DNA from: Saccharolobus solfataricus
GTDB taxonomy: Archaea > Thermoproteota > Thermoprotei_A > Sulfolobales > Sulfolobaceae
Direction: 5' to 3'
Assembly: GCF_900079115.1 (NCBI RefSeq)
Contig: NZ_LT549890.1
Span: 360,001-392,000, forward strand
Length of the DNA stretch: 32,000 nt
Position 1 is the first letter of the stretch, and every line of letters begins with the position of its first letter. This document shows positions 1 to 10,603 of this stretch, piece after piece. The translations under genes and the position numbers were made by a program. The notes below the pieces were generated by a model. The model was not told where the DNA came from. It did not search any database and was given only the letters and a program-made list of their open reading frames with translations.

Positions 1-1
1 A

Positions 2-322
2 GCCTTTGCATATAGGACTAAGACGCTACAAATAAGTGTTGATCAAAACAAGGCAACGAATCTAGTCGGTCTAAAAATAGGCGATGTATTCGAAGCTAAT
101 CAACTAATTGGGTTACCAGTTAAGTTGAAGATAACTGGAGGATCGGATAATTCAGGGTTCCCAATGCGATTTGATGTTATTGGGGCAGCTAAGCGTAAAA
201 TATTACTAAGTGGGCCTCCTGGATTTTACCCGAATGAAAATGGAGAAAGAAGAAGAAAAACTATACGAGGAAATACAATTAGCCAGGAAATAGTTCAAAT
301 TAATACCATAATAGTAAGGTGA
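2..322 (+). CDS. rps6e: 30S ribosomal protein S6e, C-terminal part (5' end lies outside the window)
   Basis: The reading frame is open from the left edge (frame 2). The translation ...[17 protein letters not shown]...[14 protein letters not shown] is typical of S6e. The position upstream of aIF2-gamma is the conserved archaeal arrangement. Confidence 0.85.
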   Translation, partial: AFAYRTKTLQISVDQNKATNLVGLKIGDVFEANQLIGLPVKLKITGGSDNSGFPMRFDVIGAAKRKILLSGPPGFYPNENGERRRKTIRGNTISQEIVQINTIIVR

Positions 323-330
323 AGTAGTTT

Positions 331-1578
331 TTGGCATGGCCTAAAGTTCAACCAGAAGTTAATATAGGTGTAGTTGGTCATGTAGATCATGGTAAGACTA
401 CACTAGTTCAAGCAATAACGGGAATTTGGACATCAAAACATTCCGAAGAATTAAAAAGAGGTATGACAATAAAACTGGGTTACGCAGAGACTAATATAGG
501 TGTTTGTGAAAGTTGTAAAAAACCTGAGGCATATGTAACTGAACCCTCATGTAAATCTTGTGGATCAGATGATGAGCCCAAGTTTCTGAGACGAATTTCC
601 TTTATTGATGCCCCGGGCCATGAAGTTCTAATGGCTACAATGTTATCTGGAGCTGCATTAATGGATGGCGCAATTCTAGTCGTTGCTGCAAATGAACCTT
701 TTCCGCAACCTCAGACTAGAGAACATTTCGTAGCATTAGGTATAATAGGAGTGAAAAACCTAATTATAGTTCAAAATAAGGTAGACGTAGTCTCCAAAGA
801 GGAAGCGTTATCGCAGTATAGGCAAATAAAGCAGTTTACGAAGGGAACTTGGGCTGAAAATGTACCTATAATCCCAGTAAGTGCACTTCATAAGATTAAT
901 ATAGATTCTCTAATCGAAGGTATAGAAGAGTATATAAAAACTCCTTACAGGGATCTCTCACAAAAACCTGTTATGCTTGTGATAAGAAGTTTTGACGTTA
1001 ATAAGCCCGGTACCCAATTCAATGAGTTGAAGGGTGGTGTAATAGGTGGCAGTATTATACAAGGTTTGTTTAAAGTTGACCAAGAAATAAAAGTATTACC
1101 GGGCTTAAGAGTGGAAAAACAAGGTAAAGTATCTTATGAACCTATTTTCACAAAGATTTCGTCCATAAGGTTTGGAGATGAGGAATTTAAAGAGGCTAAA
1201 CCAGGAGGTTTAGTTGCAATAGGTACATATTTAGATCCCTCATTGACTAAAGCTGATAATTTGCTTGGCAGTATTATTACCTTAGCTGATGCTGAAGTTC
1301 CAGTTTTATGGAACATTAGAATAAAGTATAATCTCCTAGAACGTGTAGTTGGAGCTAAGGAAATGTTAAAGGTAGATCCCATAAGAGCTAAGGAAACTTT
1401 AATGTTGTCTGTAGGTTCATCGACGACTTTGGGTATCGTTACCTCTGTAAAGAAGGATGAGATTGAAGTGGAGTTAAGGAGACCTGTGGCAGTATGGTCT
1501 AATAATATTAGAACTGTCATAAGTAGGCAAATAGCTGGTAGGTGGAGAATGATAGGATGGGGTTTAGTAGAGATCTAA
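331..1578 (+). CDS. eif2g: Translation initiation factor aIF2 gamma subunit
   Basis: 415 aa. GTPase motifs [13 protein letters not shown] and NKVD are present, plus the zinc-knuckle CESC...CKSC. The start is TTG at 331 ([13 protein letters not shown]...), which matches my memory of the S. solfataricus aIF2-gamma sequence. Confidence 0.97.
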
Positions 1579-1979
1579 AAGTACTAGTTGATACTAATAT
1601 TTTATTGTACGTGTATGATGGTTTAGATCCATTTAATAAGGTATTAGAATTTCTAGATTATAAACCGTCTTTTTTTATTCATTCTACAGTCTTAAGAGAG
1701 CTAGATATTTTATTTGAGAAGAACAAAAAAGGATTTATTATATCATCTAGAATTAAGATAGCCAGAAAATATTTGGAAGTATATAAAAATTTATGGAATT
1801 TAATAAATGATTATGATGATTTACCTACAGATGAAGCATTAATAAGGACCGCTCTTAAGCATAATATGTTTATATTTACTAATGATAAGGAATTAAAAAA
1901 TGATGCAATTAAAAAGGGTATAGGAGTTTTATTTCTTCAGAATAGGAGTAAAATTATAAAATCCTTATATCCTATCTAA
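1557..1979 (+). CDS. PIN-domain nuclease, Fcf1/Utp24-like
   Basis: PIN acidic signature [10 protein letters not shown] near the N-terminus and [18 protein letters not shown] near the C-terminus (Fcf1-type T-x-D-x-x-L). The ORF opens at GTG 1542, but ATG 1557 is preceded by GGTGGAG (Shine-Dalgarno-like), so I prefer it. It overlaps the end of eif2g. This is the conserved slot between aIF2-gamma and Rpo7. Confidence 0.75.
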
Positions 1980-1982
1980 CGT

Positions 1983-2525
1983 ATGTATAAACTTATTAAA
2001 GCACGTAGCATTGTGAGGATTCCTCCAAATGAATTTGGCAAGCCGTTAAACGAGATAGCTTTAAACGAACTAAGGCAGCAATATCAAGAAAAGATCCTCA
2101 AGGATTTAGGTCTAGTTTTAGCTATATTAAATGTGAAAACCAGTGAGGAAGGGATACTAGTATTTGGCGATGGCGCTACTTACCATGAGGTTGAATTCGA
2201 TATGATAACCTATGTACCAGTTGTACAAGAGGTAGTTGAGGGTGAGGTTTTACAAGTTGACAACTATGGCATATTCGTTAATTTAGGTCCAATGGATGGT
2301 CTTGTTCACATTTCCCAAATAACAGATGATACACTAAAATATGACAATGTAAGAGGTATAATATTCGGAGAGAAATCTAAGAAAGTGATACAAAAGGGTG
2401 ATAAGGTAAGAGCAAGGGTAATAAGCGTCGCATCTACGGTAACAGGTCGGTTGCCTAGAATTGCTTTAACAATGAGGCAACCCTACTTAGGTAAACTAGA
2501 GTGGATAACACAGACTAAGAAGTGA
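1983..2525 (+). CDS. rpo7: DNA-directed RNA polymerase subunit Rpo7 (E')
   Basis: 180 aa. The N-terminal Rpb7-like domain is followed by an S1 fold ([27 protein letters not shown]). Conserved neighbour of spt4. Confidence 0.92.
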   Translation: MYKLIKARSIVRIPPNEFGKPLNEIALNELRQQYQEKILKDLGLVLAILNVKTSEEGILVFGDGATYHEVEFDMITYVPVVQEVVEGEVLQVDNYGIFVNLGPMDGLVHISQITDDTLKYDNVRGIIFGEKSKKVIQKGDKVRARVISVASTVTGRLPRIALTMRQPYLGKLEWITQTKK

Positions 2526-2531
2526 GTATAA

Positions 2532-2732
2532 ATGGCTAAGAAATCAGTCTTTAAAGCATGCAAAAATTGTAAGGCATTAGTAGATACTGATAAGGAAACA
2601 TGTCCAGTATGTGGAAGTACTAGTTTTACAGATGAGTGGGATGGTATGATAATTATCATTAATTCAGAGTCTGAAATAGCCAAAATAACTGAGGCACCAA
2701 AGCCATGGAAGTACGCAATAATAATAAAGTAA
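2532..2732 (+). CDS. spt4: Transcription elongation factor Spt4 (RpoE'')
   Basis: 66 aa with the zinc ribbon CKNC-x13-CPVC. It lies immediately downstream of rpo7. Confidence 0.88.
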   Translation: MAKKSVFKACKNCKALVDTDKETCPVCGSTSFTDEWDGMIIIINSESEIAKITEAPKPWKYAIIIK

Positions 2733-3244
2733 ATCTATGCTTTAGTTTTGATAATTTAAGAAATGAACTTTCTAGGCCATATGGTATTCTTTTTATAAAT
2801 AACAAAATCTTTTTAGAGTTTATATCTAAATCGATACAACGAGGTTCTAGGATAATTACTGTAGGAGATTACGTAAGTAGAGTACTAGAAGAAAATGGCA
2901 TAGTTCCCTTCTTAGAAGTCATAGATGGAAAAACTAAGAGAACTATAACACAGAATAGAGCCATTACAAGAAATAAGGAATATAAGGTAACAAATGAGGC
3001 AGGGAAAATTCGATTTGAAATATTTGAAATCATGGAGAATATCCTAAAAGATAGGGAAGGTGGAGTAGTTTTTGTAGATGGAGAGGAGGACTTACTCGTT
3101 ATTCCGGTCACATTAAGTGCAAATCATGGTGATATAGTAATTTATGGACAACCCAATGCAGGAGCAGTTGTAATTATTGTAAACGAGATGATAAGGTGGA
3201 GAGTAAGAGATATATTAGAAAAAGCTATAGTAAAAGAATGTTAA
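2705..3244 (+). CDS. DUF359 family protein, GTP-dependent dephospho-CoA kinase
   Basis: 179 aa. The motifs ITVGDYVS and VDGEEDLLVIP are typical of DUF359/COG1909. It overlaps spt4 by 28 nt. Conserved last member of the S6e-to-Spt4 block. Confidence 0.75.
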   Translation: MEVRNNNKVNLCFSFDNLRNELSRPYGILFINNKIFLEFISKSIQRGSRIITVGDYVSRVLEENGIVPFLEVIDGKTKRTITQNRAITRNKEYKVTNEAGKIRFEIFEIMENILKDREGGVVFVDGEEDLLVIPVTLSANHGDIVIYGQPNAGAVVIIVNEMIRWRVRDILEKAIVKEC

Positions 3245-3279
3245 CTCTTCTACTTCTTAAAGAGTAAATCTTAACTTAA

Positions 3280-3332
3280 TCAGCCCTGCGCAGGATCTTC
3301 ATTTTTAATTCCGTCCTTCCGAGCGTCATCAT
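3280..3332 (-). ncRNA. C/D box sRNA (2'-O-methylation guide); coordinates are C box to D box, true ends approximate
   Basis: The minus strand reads AUGAUGA (C) - CGCUCGGAAGGA (12 nt) - CGGA (D') - AUUAAAA - AUGAAGA (C') - UCCUGCGCAGGG (12 nt) - CUGA (D). This 53-nt layout has canonical archaeal spacing. It is a GC-rich island in AT-rich spacer DNA. Confidence 0.8.
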
Positions 3333-4573
3333 GAACCGTATTTCTCTGCTCTATTAGAGTAGTTTAACAATATATTTGTTACGTCTAATCCTCTTATTCT
3401 TAGGCTTCCCTTTCTAGCCTCCTTCTCGTTAAAATCTCCTACATTATCGTTAATAATTGGATAAGGTACGTAGAGAAGTACTGGAACTGGATCTCCAGTA
3501 TGTTCTTTAATTTCTACTGGGGTAACGTGATCTCCAGTAAACATTAATATTAAATTATCTCTTCCGATATTGTCTATAATAGCTCCTATTACTCTATCTA
3601 TCCTCTCTATTGCCTTTACTTTTTCTTCTACTAATCCATCATGTGATGCTGCATCTGTAGCTTTAATATGTAGGAAAACGAAATCATTCTCCTTTAATAA
3701 TTCTATTGCAGCTTTAGCTTTGGCGTTATAATTAGTATCTATACCTCCAGTAGCACCCGATGGCGTTATAACGTTCATACCGAGTTCTCTACATATTCCT
3801 TTTATGAGTGCTGTAGCCGAAACAGCCGCAGCTTTAAGTTTGGTATAGCTTGAAAATGGCGGTAACTTAACGTAATGAGCGGCTCCTCTCAATAGCACAA
3901 TGTTAGCAGGCTTCTCTCCTTGTTCTATTCTTCTCTTATTTATTTCAGAGGAATTTAATACATCAAAAACTTTCCGCGTAAGTATATTGATGATCTCGGC
4001 TGTTCTTATAGCTTCGTTAGAATCTTCTAATGGTTTACTTTCTAGAACTTTCAAGCCCTCATGATGAGGATCAGTATCACTAACCTTATCACTTATTCCT
4101 TTCCCGGATAATACTACTGCTATTCTATGCTCTGTTCCTTTATAAAATTTAATCTTTACGTCATTTATCTCTTTAATTTTTTCGTTTAATTCCTTTACTA
4201 GCTGCTCTCCTTCTTCAAGCTTCCTTCCTGCTCTCCTATCAACTACAACTAGATCATTATTCACTGTAGCGAAATTTCCTCTAAATGCAACATCTCCGTG
4301 GCTAAGCGTAGCTCCAGCTCCTAATGCCTCGAAAGCCCCTCTTCCCCTATAGTAAACATGTGGATCTAGGCCAAATATTGATAGATGTGAAGTATCACTC
4401 CCAGGAATTATACCCGGTGATATTGGATCCATTAAGCCAATCATTGAGTTTTTAAGCAAGTCAGTTATGGCTGGTTTATTGGCAGCTTCTAATGGGGTTA
4501 ATCCATTTAATTTAGATACCGGTCTATCTCCTAAACCATCTGCGACTATTAAAAGAATTTTATATTGCTTCAA
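3329..4573 (-). CDS. apgM: 2,3-bisphosphoglycerate-independent phosphoglycerate mutase (archaeal type)
   Basis: 414 aa. N-terminal [12 protein letters not shown] and C-terminal FTGDHVTP are alkaline-phosphatase-superfamily metal-site motifs of archaeal iPGM. The TTG start overlaps the cdc48 stop (TTGA). Confidence 0.9.
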   Translation of the reverse strand: MKQYKILLIVADGLGDRPVSKLNGLTPLEAANKPAITDLLKNSMIGLMDPISPGIIPGSDTSHLSIFGLDPHVYYRGRGAFEALGAGATLSHGDVAFRGNFATVNNDLVVVDRRAGRKLEEGEQLVKELNEKIKEINDVKIKFYKGTEHRIAVVLSGKGISDKVSDTDPHHEGLKVLESKPLEDSNEAIRTAEIINILTRKVFDVLNSSEINKRRIEQGEKPANIVLLRGAAHYVKLPPFSSYTKLKAAAVSATALIKGICRELGMNVITPSGATGGIDTNYNAKAKAAIELLKENDFVFLHIKATDAASHDGLVEEKVKAIERIDRVIGAIIDNIGRDNLILMFTGDHVTPVEIKEHTGDPVPVLLYVPYPIINDNVGDFNEKEARKGSLRIRGLDVTNILLNYSNRAEKYGS

Positions 4574-6807
4574 CCAATCACCGATCTCTTTATTTCTTTT
4601 ACCATGTTTTCATATCTCATAATATCAGCTTTAGTTAGACTAGGCGTTACAATCTTCATGGTATCTAGGAAATCTTGCATAGTAATTTTTATTTCTAGAT
4701 TGCTCATGCAACTCTTTATAGTCTTATCAGTGCACTCTTGATCTTTGCACTCCTTTTTGGCTTTATTTAAGCAATCGTAATACTTTTGTCTCAGTACTTT
4801 CATTGTTGTTTCCCTAGCTAAGGCTTCTATATCAGCTCCCGTATATCCTTCAAGTTTTTTGGCTAACTCCTCTAGGTTTACACTAGAATCTATAGGTAAT
4901 GTTCTAGTGTAAATTTTGAGTATCTCTATTCTAGCCTTCTCATCAGGTGGCGGAACATATATTAATCTATCAAACCTACCAGGTCTTAGCAATGCTGGAT
5001 CTAAAATATCTGGTCTATTAGTTGCAGCTATAACTACAACTCTATTTAGTGATTGAATTCCATCCATTTCTGACAATAACTGATTTACTATTCTTTCTGT
5101 TACACCAGAATCATGTGTAAAGCCTCTCATGGGTGCAATCGAATCTATTTCATCAAAGAATATTACGCAAGGAGCCGTTTGTCTTGCTCTCCTAAATATT
5201 TCTCTAACTGCTTTTTCACTTTCACCTACCCATTTGGATAATATTTCTGGTCCTCTCACTGCTATGAAGTTTGCTCCGCTTTCAGTCGCCACAGCCTTCG
5301 CTAGCATTGTCTTTCCAGTTCCGGGTGGACCAAATAACAATATACCCTTAGGTGGTCTAATTCCAAGCTTTTCAAACATTTCTGGAAATTTCAATGGCCA
5401 CTCCACAGCCTCTCTTAATTGCTGTTTGGCTTCTTCCAGTCCTCCAATATCCTCCCATTTAACCTTCGGAACTTCAACGTATACTTCTCTAAGGAGTGTT
5501 GGTTGAATGAACTTCATGGCGTCAATGAAATCTTGCATTGTTACTTTCAATTCCTTTAAAACATCTACTGGTATTTGTTCTTGTTCTAGATTAATCTTGC
5601 GTTCATTTATAAATCTTCTCAATGCATTCATAGCTGCCTCTCTAGCCAGAGCTGCGAGATCAGCTCCAGTGTAACCGTGAGTCTGCTCAGAAATTTTATC
5701 TAAATCTACATCCTCAGCTAGAGGCATGTTTCTGGTATGTACTTGTAGAATCTCTTTTCTAGCCTTAGCATCGGGTGGTCTAATTTCTATTTCCCTATCA
5801 AATCTGCCAGGTCTTCTTAATGCAGGATCTACTGCATCTGGTCTATTAGTTGCTCCTATAACTATTACTTTTCCTCTTCCTTTAATTCCATCCATTAGAG
5901 TTAACAATTGCGCTACTACTCTTTTCTCTACTTCTCCAGTAACTTCTTCTCTCTTTGGTGCTATTGCATCAATTTCATCAATGAATATTATTGCTGGAGA
6001 ATTCTTTTCTGCTTCCTCAAATATTTCTCTTAATCTTTGCTCACTTTCCCCATAGAATTTACTCATTATTTCTGGTCCATTAATTGAAGTGAAGTATGCA
6101 CCTATCTCATTAGCCAGTGCTCTAGCCAATAAGGTTTTTCCAACTCCCGGTGGTCCATATAGTAGTACACCCTTTGGAGGTTCTATTCCTAGATGCTGGA
6201 AAACTTCTGGATGTCTCATTGGTAGTTCTACTATTTCTCTTATTTTCTCTTTTACATCTTCAAGATCGCCAATATCTTCCCAAGTTACCTTAGGTACTGC
6301 TGCAGACTCTTTTACTGGTTCTTGTCTTATCTCTAATGATGTCCTACCAGTAATCCTTACTGATTGTGAAGGCTGAGTCGAAACTACGACAAAATCTATT
6401 GAGCCAACATAAGTAGGTACAGAAATTGTTTCTCCTCTGCTTATCGGTTTATCCATTAACCAGTCTTTAACGTATTCTACGAAACTCTGACTAAAGGATA
6501 TAGGTTGTGTTGGAGCTAAAACTACTTTAGTGGCATCTTGTACTTGTGCTCTCTTTACTGTAACTTCATCTCCAATACCCACTCCTATGGATCTTCTAAT
6601 GTAACCATCTACTCTTATCTCATTGTCTGCAATTCCGTCTCCTATTAATGCTTGAGCTAACGCAGAACCAGAAGGTCCAATAATCTCTACATAGTCACCG
6701 TTTTCTATGCCTAGTCTGCTTATAGTGTAATCCGTTATTCTGGCGACTTTTCTCCCAACATCTCTTTGCCTAGCCTCTACCACTCTCAATTTCAATTGTT
6801 GGGACAT
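4570..6807 (-). CDS. cdc48: CDC48/VCP/VAT-like AAA+ ATPase (N domain plus D1 and D2)
   Basis: Two AAA modules with Walker A GPPGVGKT and GPPGTGKT, Walker B IIFIDEID and VIFFDEID, and a VAT-N-like N domain ([18 protein letters not shown]...). The ORF is open up to 6879. That extension collides with the rgy start and contains the TATA box TTATTTTAAA (6838-6829), which is centred about 26 nt upstream of ATG 6807 (MSQQLKLRV...). ATG 6816 is an alternative start. Confidence 0.93.
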   Translation of the reverse strand: MSQQLKLRVVEARQRDVGRKVARITDYTISRLGIENGDYVEIIGPSGSALAQALIGDGIADNEIRVDGYIRRSIGVGIGDEVTVKRAQVQDATKVVLAPTQPISFSQSFVEYVKDWLMDKPISRGETISVPTYVGSIDFVVVSTQPSQSVRITGRTSLEIRQEPVKESAAVPKVTWEDIGDLEDVKEKIREIVELPMRHPEVFQHLGIEPPKGVLLYGPPGVGKTLLARALANEIGAYFTSINGPEIMSKFYGESEQRLREIFEEAEKNSPAIIFIDEIDAIAPKREEVTGEVEKRVVAQLLTLMDGIKGRGKVIVIGATNRPDAVDPALRRPGRFDREIEIRPPDAKARKEILQVHTRNMPLAEDVDLDKISEQTHGYTGADLAALAREAAMNALRRFINERKINLEQEQIPVDVLKELKVTMQDFIDAMKFIQPTLLREVYVEVPKVKWEDIGGLEEAKQQLREAVEWPLKFPEMFEKLGIRPPKGILLFGPPGTGKTMLAKAVATESGANFIAVRGPEILSKWVGESEKAVREIFRRARQTAPCVIFFDEIDSIAPMRGFTHDSGVTERIVNQLLSEMDGIQSLNRVVVIAATNRPDILDPALLRPGRFDRLIYVPPPDEKARIEILKIYTRTLPIDSSVNLEELAKKLEGYTGADIEALARETTMKVLRQKYYDCLNKAKKECKDQECTDKTIKSCMSNLEIKITMQDFLDTMKIVTPSLTKADIMRYENMVKEIKRSVIG

Positions 6808-6821
6808 ATTATTCATCTTTC

Positions 6822-6857
6822 CGAAACGTTTAAAATAAGTCTTACTCATTAAAACTA
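6822..6857. promoter_or_regulatory. Compact divergent promoter region for cdc48 and reverse gyrase
   Basis: CCGAAACG-TTTAAAATAA-GTCTTAC (6821-6845) is a TATA element flanked on both sides by purine/A-rich BRE-like sequence. A second TATA-like TTAAAACTA lies at 6849-6857. The real intergenic space is only about 65 nt. Confidence 0.5.
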
Positions 6858-6872
6858 TACGAGATTGGGAAG

Positions 6873-9800
6873 TTGACAAGCATCAATAAAGTCCCACCCT
6901 CAATTTATACTAGGTCATGTCCCAATTGTGGAGGAAATATATCATCTCAGAGATTATTTAATGGTTCCGTATGCGAATCATGCCTAAAGGATGATAGAGA
7001 GTTTAGTAATTTATCTGATCTCATTAATATCCTTTCTGAAAATAGTAATTTGAAAAATCTTACTCAAATACGTGATGTATTAGAAGAGTACAAGAAAGTT
7101 GAAGAAATATTCGGTAAATTATTAAATAATTCAAAACCTATAGGTCCTCAAAGGTCGTGGACAATAAGGTTCTTAAGAGGAGAGAGTTTTGCAATCATAG
7201 CACCTCCCGGTTTAGGTAAAACGACCTTTGGTTTAATAATGTCCCTATATAATGCTACTCGTAATAGGAAATCTATCATCATTTTCCCAACGAGGACCTT
7301 AATCTCACAAACAGTAGATAAATTGGCAAAATTTTCTGAATTGTACTCATATTCGCCTAGGATACTTTATAATAAGCAATCTCCTACTCAGACTGAGAAC
7401 ATATTAGACCAACTTAAGAGTGGGAATTTTGACATATTCATTTCAACGAATAGATTTGTAATTCAGAATTTATCTGAGTTATCAAATATAAAGTTTGACT
7501 TCATTTTCGTAGATGATGTCGACGCTGCGTTAAAGTCTGGAAAAAGTGCTAAGGCGATACTTCGGTTGGTAGGATTTACTGATGAAGACATTCAAACGAC
7601 CATGAAATTACTTAGAGAAAATATTGGGGAGGAGGAGAAGTTTGGAAAAATTCAAGAGATTAGAGAAAGTAGGTTAAAGGACAAGATAGTAATTTTCTCC
7701 TCTGCAACCATTAGTAGAGGAAATCCCATACTCTCATCGCTTATGGGTTTTAGACCCGGGAGTTCTGTGATATATCTAAGGAATATTTATGACTCTTATA
7801 TTGATCTAACTCAAACTTGTAAAGGACAAGATTTTGAAGAGTGCACTCTTGGTACCGTTATCAAACTTCTTAAAAGACTTAATGATGGTACTTTGATTTT
7901 TGTACCCATAGATAAGGGTGCCCAATATGCAGACTATCTAGCTTCGAATTTGAGAGATCATGGGATAAATGTGGAATCTGTTGCATCATCTTCTATCTCC
8001 AAACTGGAGAAATTTGAAAGAGGTGAGGTAAGCTCTTTAGTCGGAGTGGCTACACATTACGGAGTTTTAGTGAGAGGAATAGACTTACCATGGAGGGTAA
8101 AATATTCAATATTTGTGGGGATACCAAAATTTAAGTTCAAAATTGGCGAATATATGCATCCATTAGCGTTAACCAGATTGCTAAGCTTAGTATACTTAGT
8201 GAAGAATGATGATAAAGTAAGGGGTCTACTTAGTTATATTCGTAAGAGGTTAAGAAAAATAAGCCCTGCGGCCTTAGCGATGTTAGCTAAGGATATAAGA
8301 GAGGGAAAGATCGATGATGAGAGGTTAAAGGAAGCATATAATTTAGTTAATGAGTATCTAAAAGATAATGAGTTTTTGAAAAAAGTATCTGATGTTGGAG
8401 ATTTGGTAATAGAAGGGGATTATATTCTAATGCCAGATTACCTAACCTATATTCAAGCTAGTGGTAGAACATCTAGACTTTACGGCGCTAATTTAACTAC
8501 TGGTCTTTCAGTATTATTAATAGATAATTCTAGATTATTTGAGTTACTTAATAAAAAATTAAATTTAATTTTAGATGAAGTAAAATGGTATTCACTAGAT
8601 ATTGATGCAGATAAACTTGGACAAGTAAGTCTAAGCGATATCTCAGCTAAAATAACAGAAGAAAGAGAGAGTTTAAGTAAAATCAAGAAAGAAGGAAACG
8701 TCGAATCATCATCCCTTAGTGTTAAGACTACTTTATTTATAGTTGAATCTCCTAACAAGGCTAAGACTATTTCAAACTTCTTTTCTAGACCGTCTACGAG
8801 ATCATATGGTAAGCTTAGAGTTTATGAGACAGTACTTGGAGATAGAGTCTTAATTGTAGCAGCTAGTGGTGGGCATATTTATGATCTAATAACGGAAGAT
8901 GAAAGTGAAAAGCAAGATGACAACTACGTGTATGGAGTACTAGTGAAAGATAGTAAATTTATTCCAATTTATTCTACTATAAAGAAATGTGAAAAAGGTC
9001 ATCAGATAGTAAAAGATCTAAGTCAAAATAAATGCCCTATTTGTGGATCCAGAATAGTAACTGACAAAACAGAAGTAGTAGATATATTAAGGAAACTGGC
9101 TCTTGAAGTAGACGAAGTTCTTATAGGTACTGACCCTGATACTGAAGGGGAAAAGATTGCTTGGGATATATATCTGGCTATCCGTCCGTTTAATGGTAAT
9201 ATAAAAAGGGCAGAATTTCATGAGGTTACCAGAAGAGCGATACTTAATGCAATAAAGAACCCGAGGGAATTTAACGATAACCTAGTTAAATCTCAAATTG
9301 TAAGAAGAATTGAGGATAGATGGATTGGATTTAAATTATCACGAAAACTACAAACAGAATTTTGGGAACAACACTGTACATCTATATCTAAGAAAAATAG
9401 CAAAGATGAAGAATGCAAAGAAAATCGTAATCTAAGTGCGGGTAGAGTCCAAACTCCAGTATTGGATTGGGTAGTTAATAGATACCAAAAATATAACGAA
9501 AATAAGAAGAAGTACCTTATTATAGAGTCTCAAGATAAATCAATCTTTCCCTTTAGTGTATTGGCTTTAAAGAAGAATGGCTTATCTAAAAATACTCAAA
9601 TAATTATACATCTAGAAGATATAAATATAAAAGAAGAGGAATTTGGACCCTTGCCACCATACACTACGGATACACTACTATCTGACGCTGCTAACCTTTT
9701 GAGAATTCCCGCATCAGATACTATGAGAGTAGCCCAAGATCTTTTCGAATTAGGTTTGATAACTTATCATAGAACTGATAGTACTAGGGTATCAAATGTT

Positions 9801-10601
9801 GGTATAAGTGTAGCAGAAACTTATCTTAAATCTAAACAAGTTGACATTTCCAAAATATTTAGACCAAGATCTTGGGGAGAAGGAGGTGCACATGAAGCTA
9901 TAAGACCTACCAAACCCCTAGATGAGACAATGTTAAAGGCATCCATAGAACAAGGGGACTTAGAACTATCCAAACAATTGACTTTTAACCATTTTAGAGT
10001 ATATAATCTAATATTTAGGAGGTTCATTACTAGTCAACTACCACCACTAGTAGTAACTAAACAGATAGTTAGGATAAGGGCGTATACTAAGGACAACATT
10101 GAATTGGAATTGGATGAGAATAAGAAGGAATTTGTTATTGGGTATAAATTAAAGGAAGGAGATGAATTTAGACAAACATTACAAGACGCTATTTATACTC
10201 TATTTAGGCTTTATCAACCTTTAGATGAAAAAATGAAAGGGAAAGAGCTTTCTGCAACAATAACAGGCACATTAAATAAGAGTGATGTGCAGTTATATAC
10301 TGAAGGAGAGTTGATAAGTGAGATGAAAAGTAAACAAATCGGAAGACCGAGCACGTACGCAGTAATAATCTCTACTTTAAAGAAGAGAAGATACATTATA
10401 GAATCAAAAAATTTGAAGAAAATAATACCAACTAAATTAGGTATGGCAGTAAAAGAGTATCTTATGGAAAATTATAAACAGATAGTATCTGAGAAACGAA
10501 CTGTGAAATTACTGGAAAAGATGAACGAGGTAGAGGAGGGTAAAGTTGATTATTTAGTACTCTTAAAAGAATTATATAATGAAATACAAACAATTAGTTA
10601 G
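6873..10601 (+). CDS. rgy: Reverse gyrase (helicase-like domain fused to type IA topoisomerase)
   Basis: 1242 aa. It has an N-terminal Zn finger CPNCGG...CESC, helicase Walker A APPGLGKT and FVDDVD, Toprim [13 protein letters not shown] and DPDTEGE, an internal Zn ribbon CEKGH...CPICGS, and the catalytic-Tyr motif ITYHRTDS. The start is TTG at 6873; there is no in-frame ATG for more than 100 codons. Confidence 0.97.
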   Translation: MTSINKVPPSIYTRSCPNCGGNISSQRLFNGSVCESCLKDDREFSNLSDLINILSENSNLKNLTQIRDVLEEYKKVEEIFGKLLNNSKPIGPQRSWTIRFLRGESFAIIAPPGLGKTTFGLIMSLYNATRNRKSIIIFPTRTLISQTVDKLAKFSELYSYSPRILYNKQSPTQTENILDQLKSGNFDIFISTNRFVIQNLSELSNIKFDFIFVDDVDAALKSGKSAKAILRLVGFTDEDIQTTMKLLRENIGEEEKFGKIQEIRESRLKDKIVIFSSATISRGNPILSSLMGFRPGSSVIYLRNIYDSYIDLTQTCKGQDFEECTLGTVIKLLKRLNDGTLIFVPIDKGAQYADYLASNLRDHGINVESVASSSISKLEKFERGEVSSLVGVATHYGVLVRGIDLPWRVKYSIFVGIPKFKFKIGEYMHPLALTRLLSLVYLVKNDDKVRGLLSYIRKRLRKISPAALAMLAKDIREGKIDDERLKEAYNLVNEYLKDNEFLKKVSDVGDLVIEGDYILMPDYLTYIQASGRTSRLYGANLTTGLSVLLIDNSRLFELLNKKLNLILDEVKWYSLDIDADKLGQVSLSDISAKITEERESLSKIKKEGNVESSSLSVKTTLFIVESPNKAKTISNFFSRPSTRSYGKLRVYETVLGDRVLIVAASGGHIYDLITEDESEKQDDNYVYGVLVKDSKFIPIYSTIKKCEKGHQIVKDLSQNKCPICGSRIVTDKTEVVDILRKLALEVDEVLIGTDPDTEGEKIAWDIYLAIRPFNGNIKRAEFHEVTRRAILNAIKNPREFNDNLVKSQIVRRIEDRWIGFKLSRKLQTEFWEQHCTSISKKNSKDEECKENRNLSAGRVQTPVLDWVVNRYQKYNENKKKYLIIESQDKSIFPFSVLALKKNGLSKNTQIIIHLEDINIKEEEFGPLPPYTTDTLLSDAANLLRIPASDTMRVAQDLFELGLITYHRTDSTRVSNVGISVAETYLKSKQVDISKIFRPRSWGEGGAHEAIRPTKPLDETMLKASIEQGDLELSKQLTFNHFRVYNLIFRRFITSQLPPLVVTKQIVRIRAYTKDNIELELDENKKEFVIGYKLKEGDEFRQTLQDAIYTLFRLYQPLDEKMKGKELSATITGTLNKSDVQLYTEGELISEMKSKQIGRPSTYAVIISTLKKRRYIIESKNLKKIIPTKLGMAVKEYLMENYKQIVSEKRTVKLLEKMNEVEEGKVDYLVLLKELYNEIQTIS

Positions 10602-10603
10602 GA

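Noticed and set aside
569-589. AUGAUGA followed by CUGA inside eif2g, as a possible C/D box sRNA
   Set aside because: Only 10 nt separate the boxes, there is no C'/D' pair or second guide with proper spacing, and the motif encodes conserved protein sequence (DDEPKFLR). It is probably chance. Other internal ATGATGA hits (about 1812, 8206, 8313) likewise lack a D box at the right distance.
1542-1979. PIN-domain gene as a possible VapC toxin of a toxin-antitoxin system
   Set aside because: There is no adjacent antitoxin. The gene sits in the universally conserved archaeal aIF2-gamma / PIN / Rpo7 / Spt4 block and carries the Fcf1/Utp24-type TNDxxL motif. A housekeeping RNA-processing role is much more likely than a TA toxin.
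5129-6376. Three plus-strand ORFs of 95-125 aa (5129..5506, 5726..6055, 6089..6376) inside the cdc48 region
   Set aside because: They are antisense shadows of a strongly supported AAA+ gene. The products are low-complexity Ser/Pro/Leu-rich with no motifs. The same reasoning applies to the other antisense track ORFs within eif2g, rgy, glyS, kae1, thi4 and similar genes.
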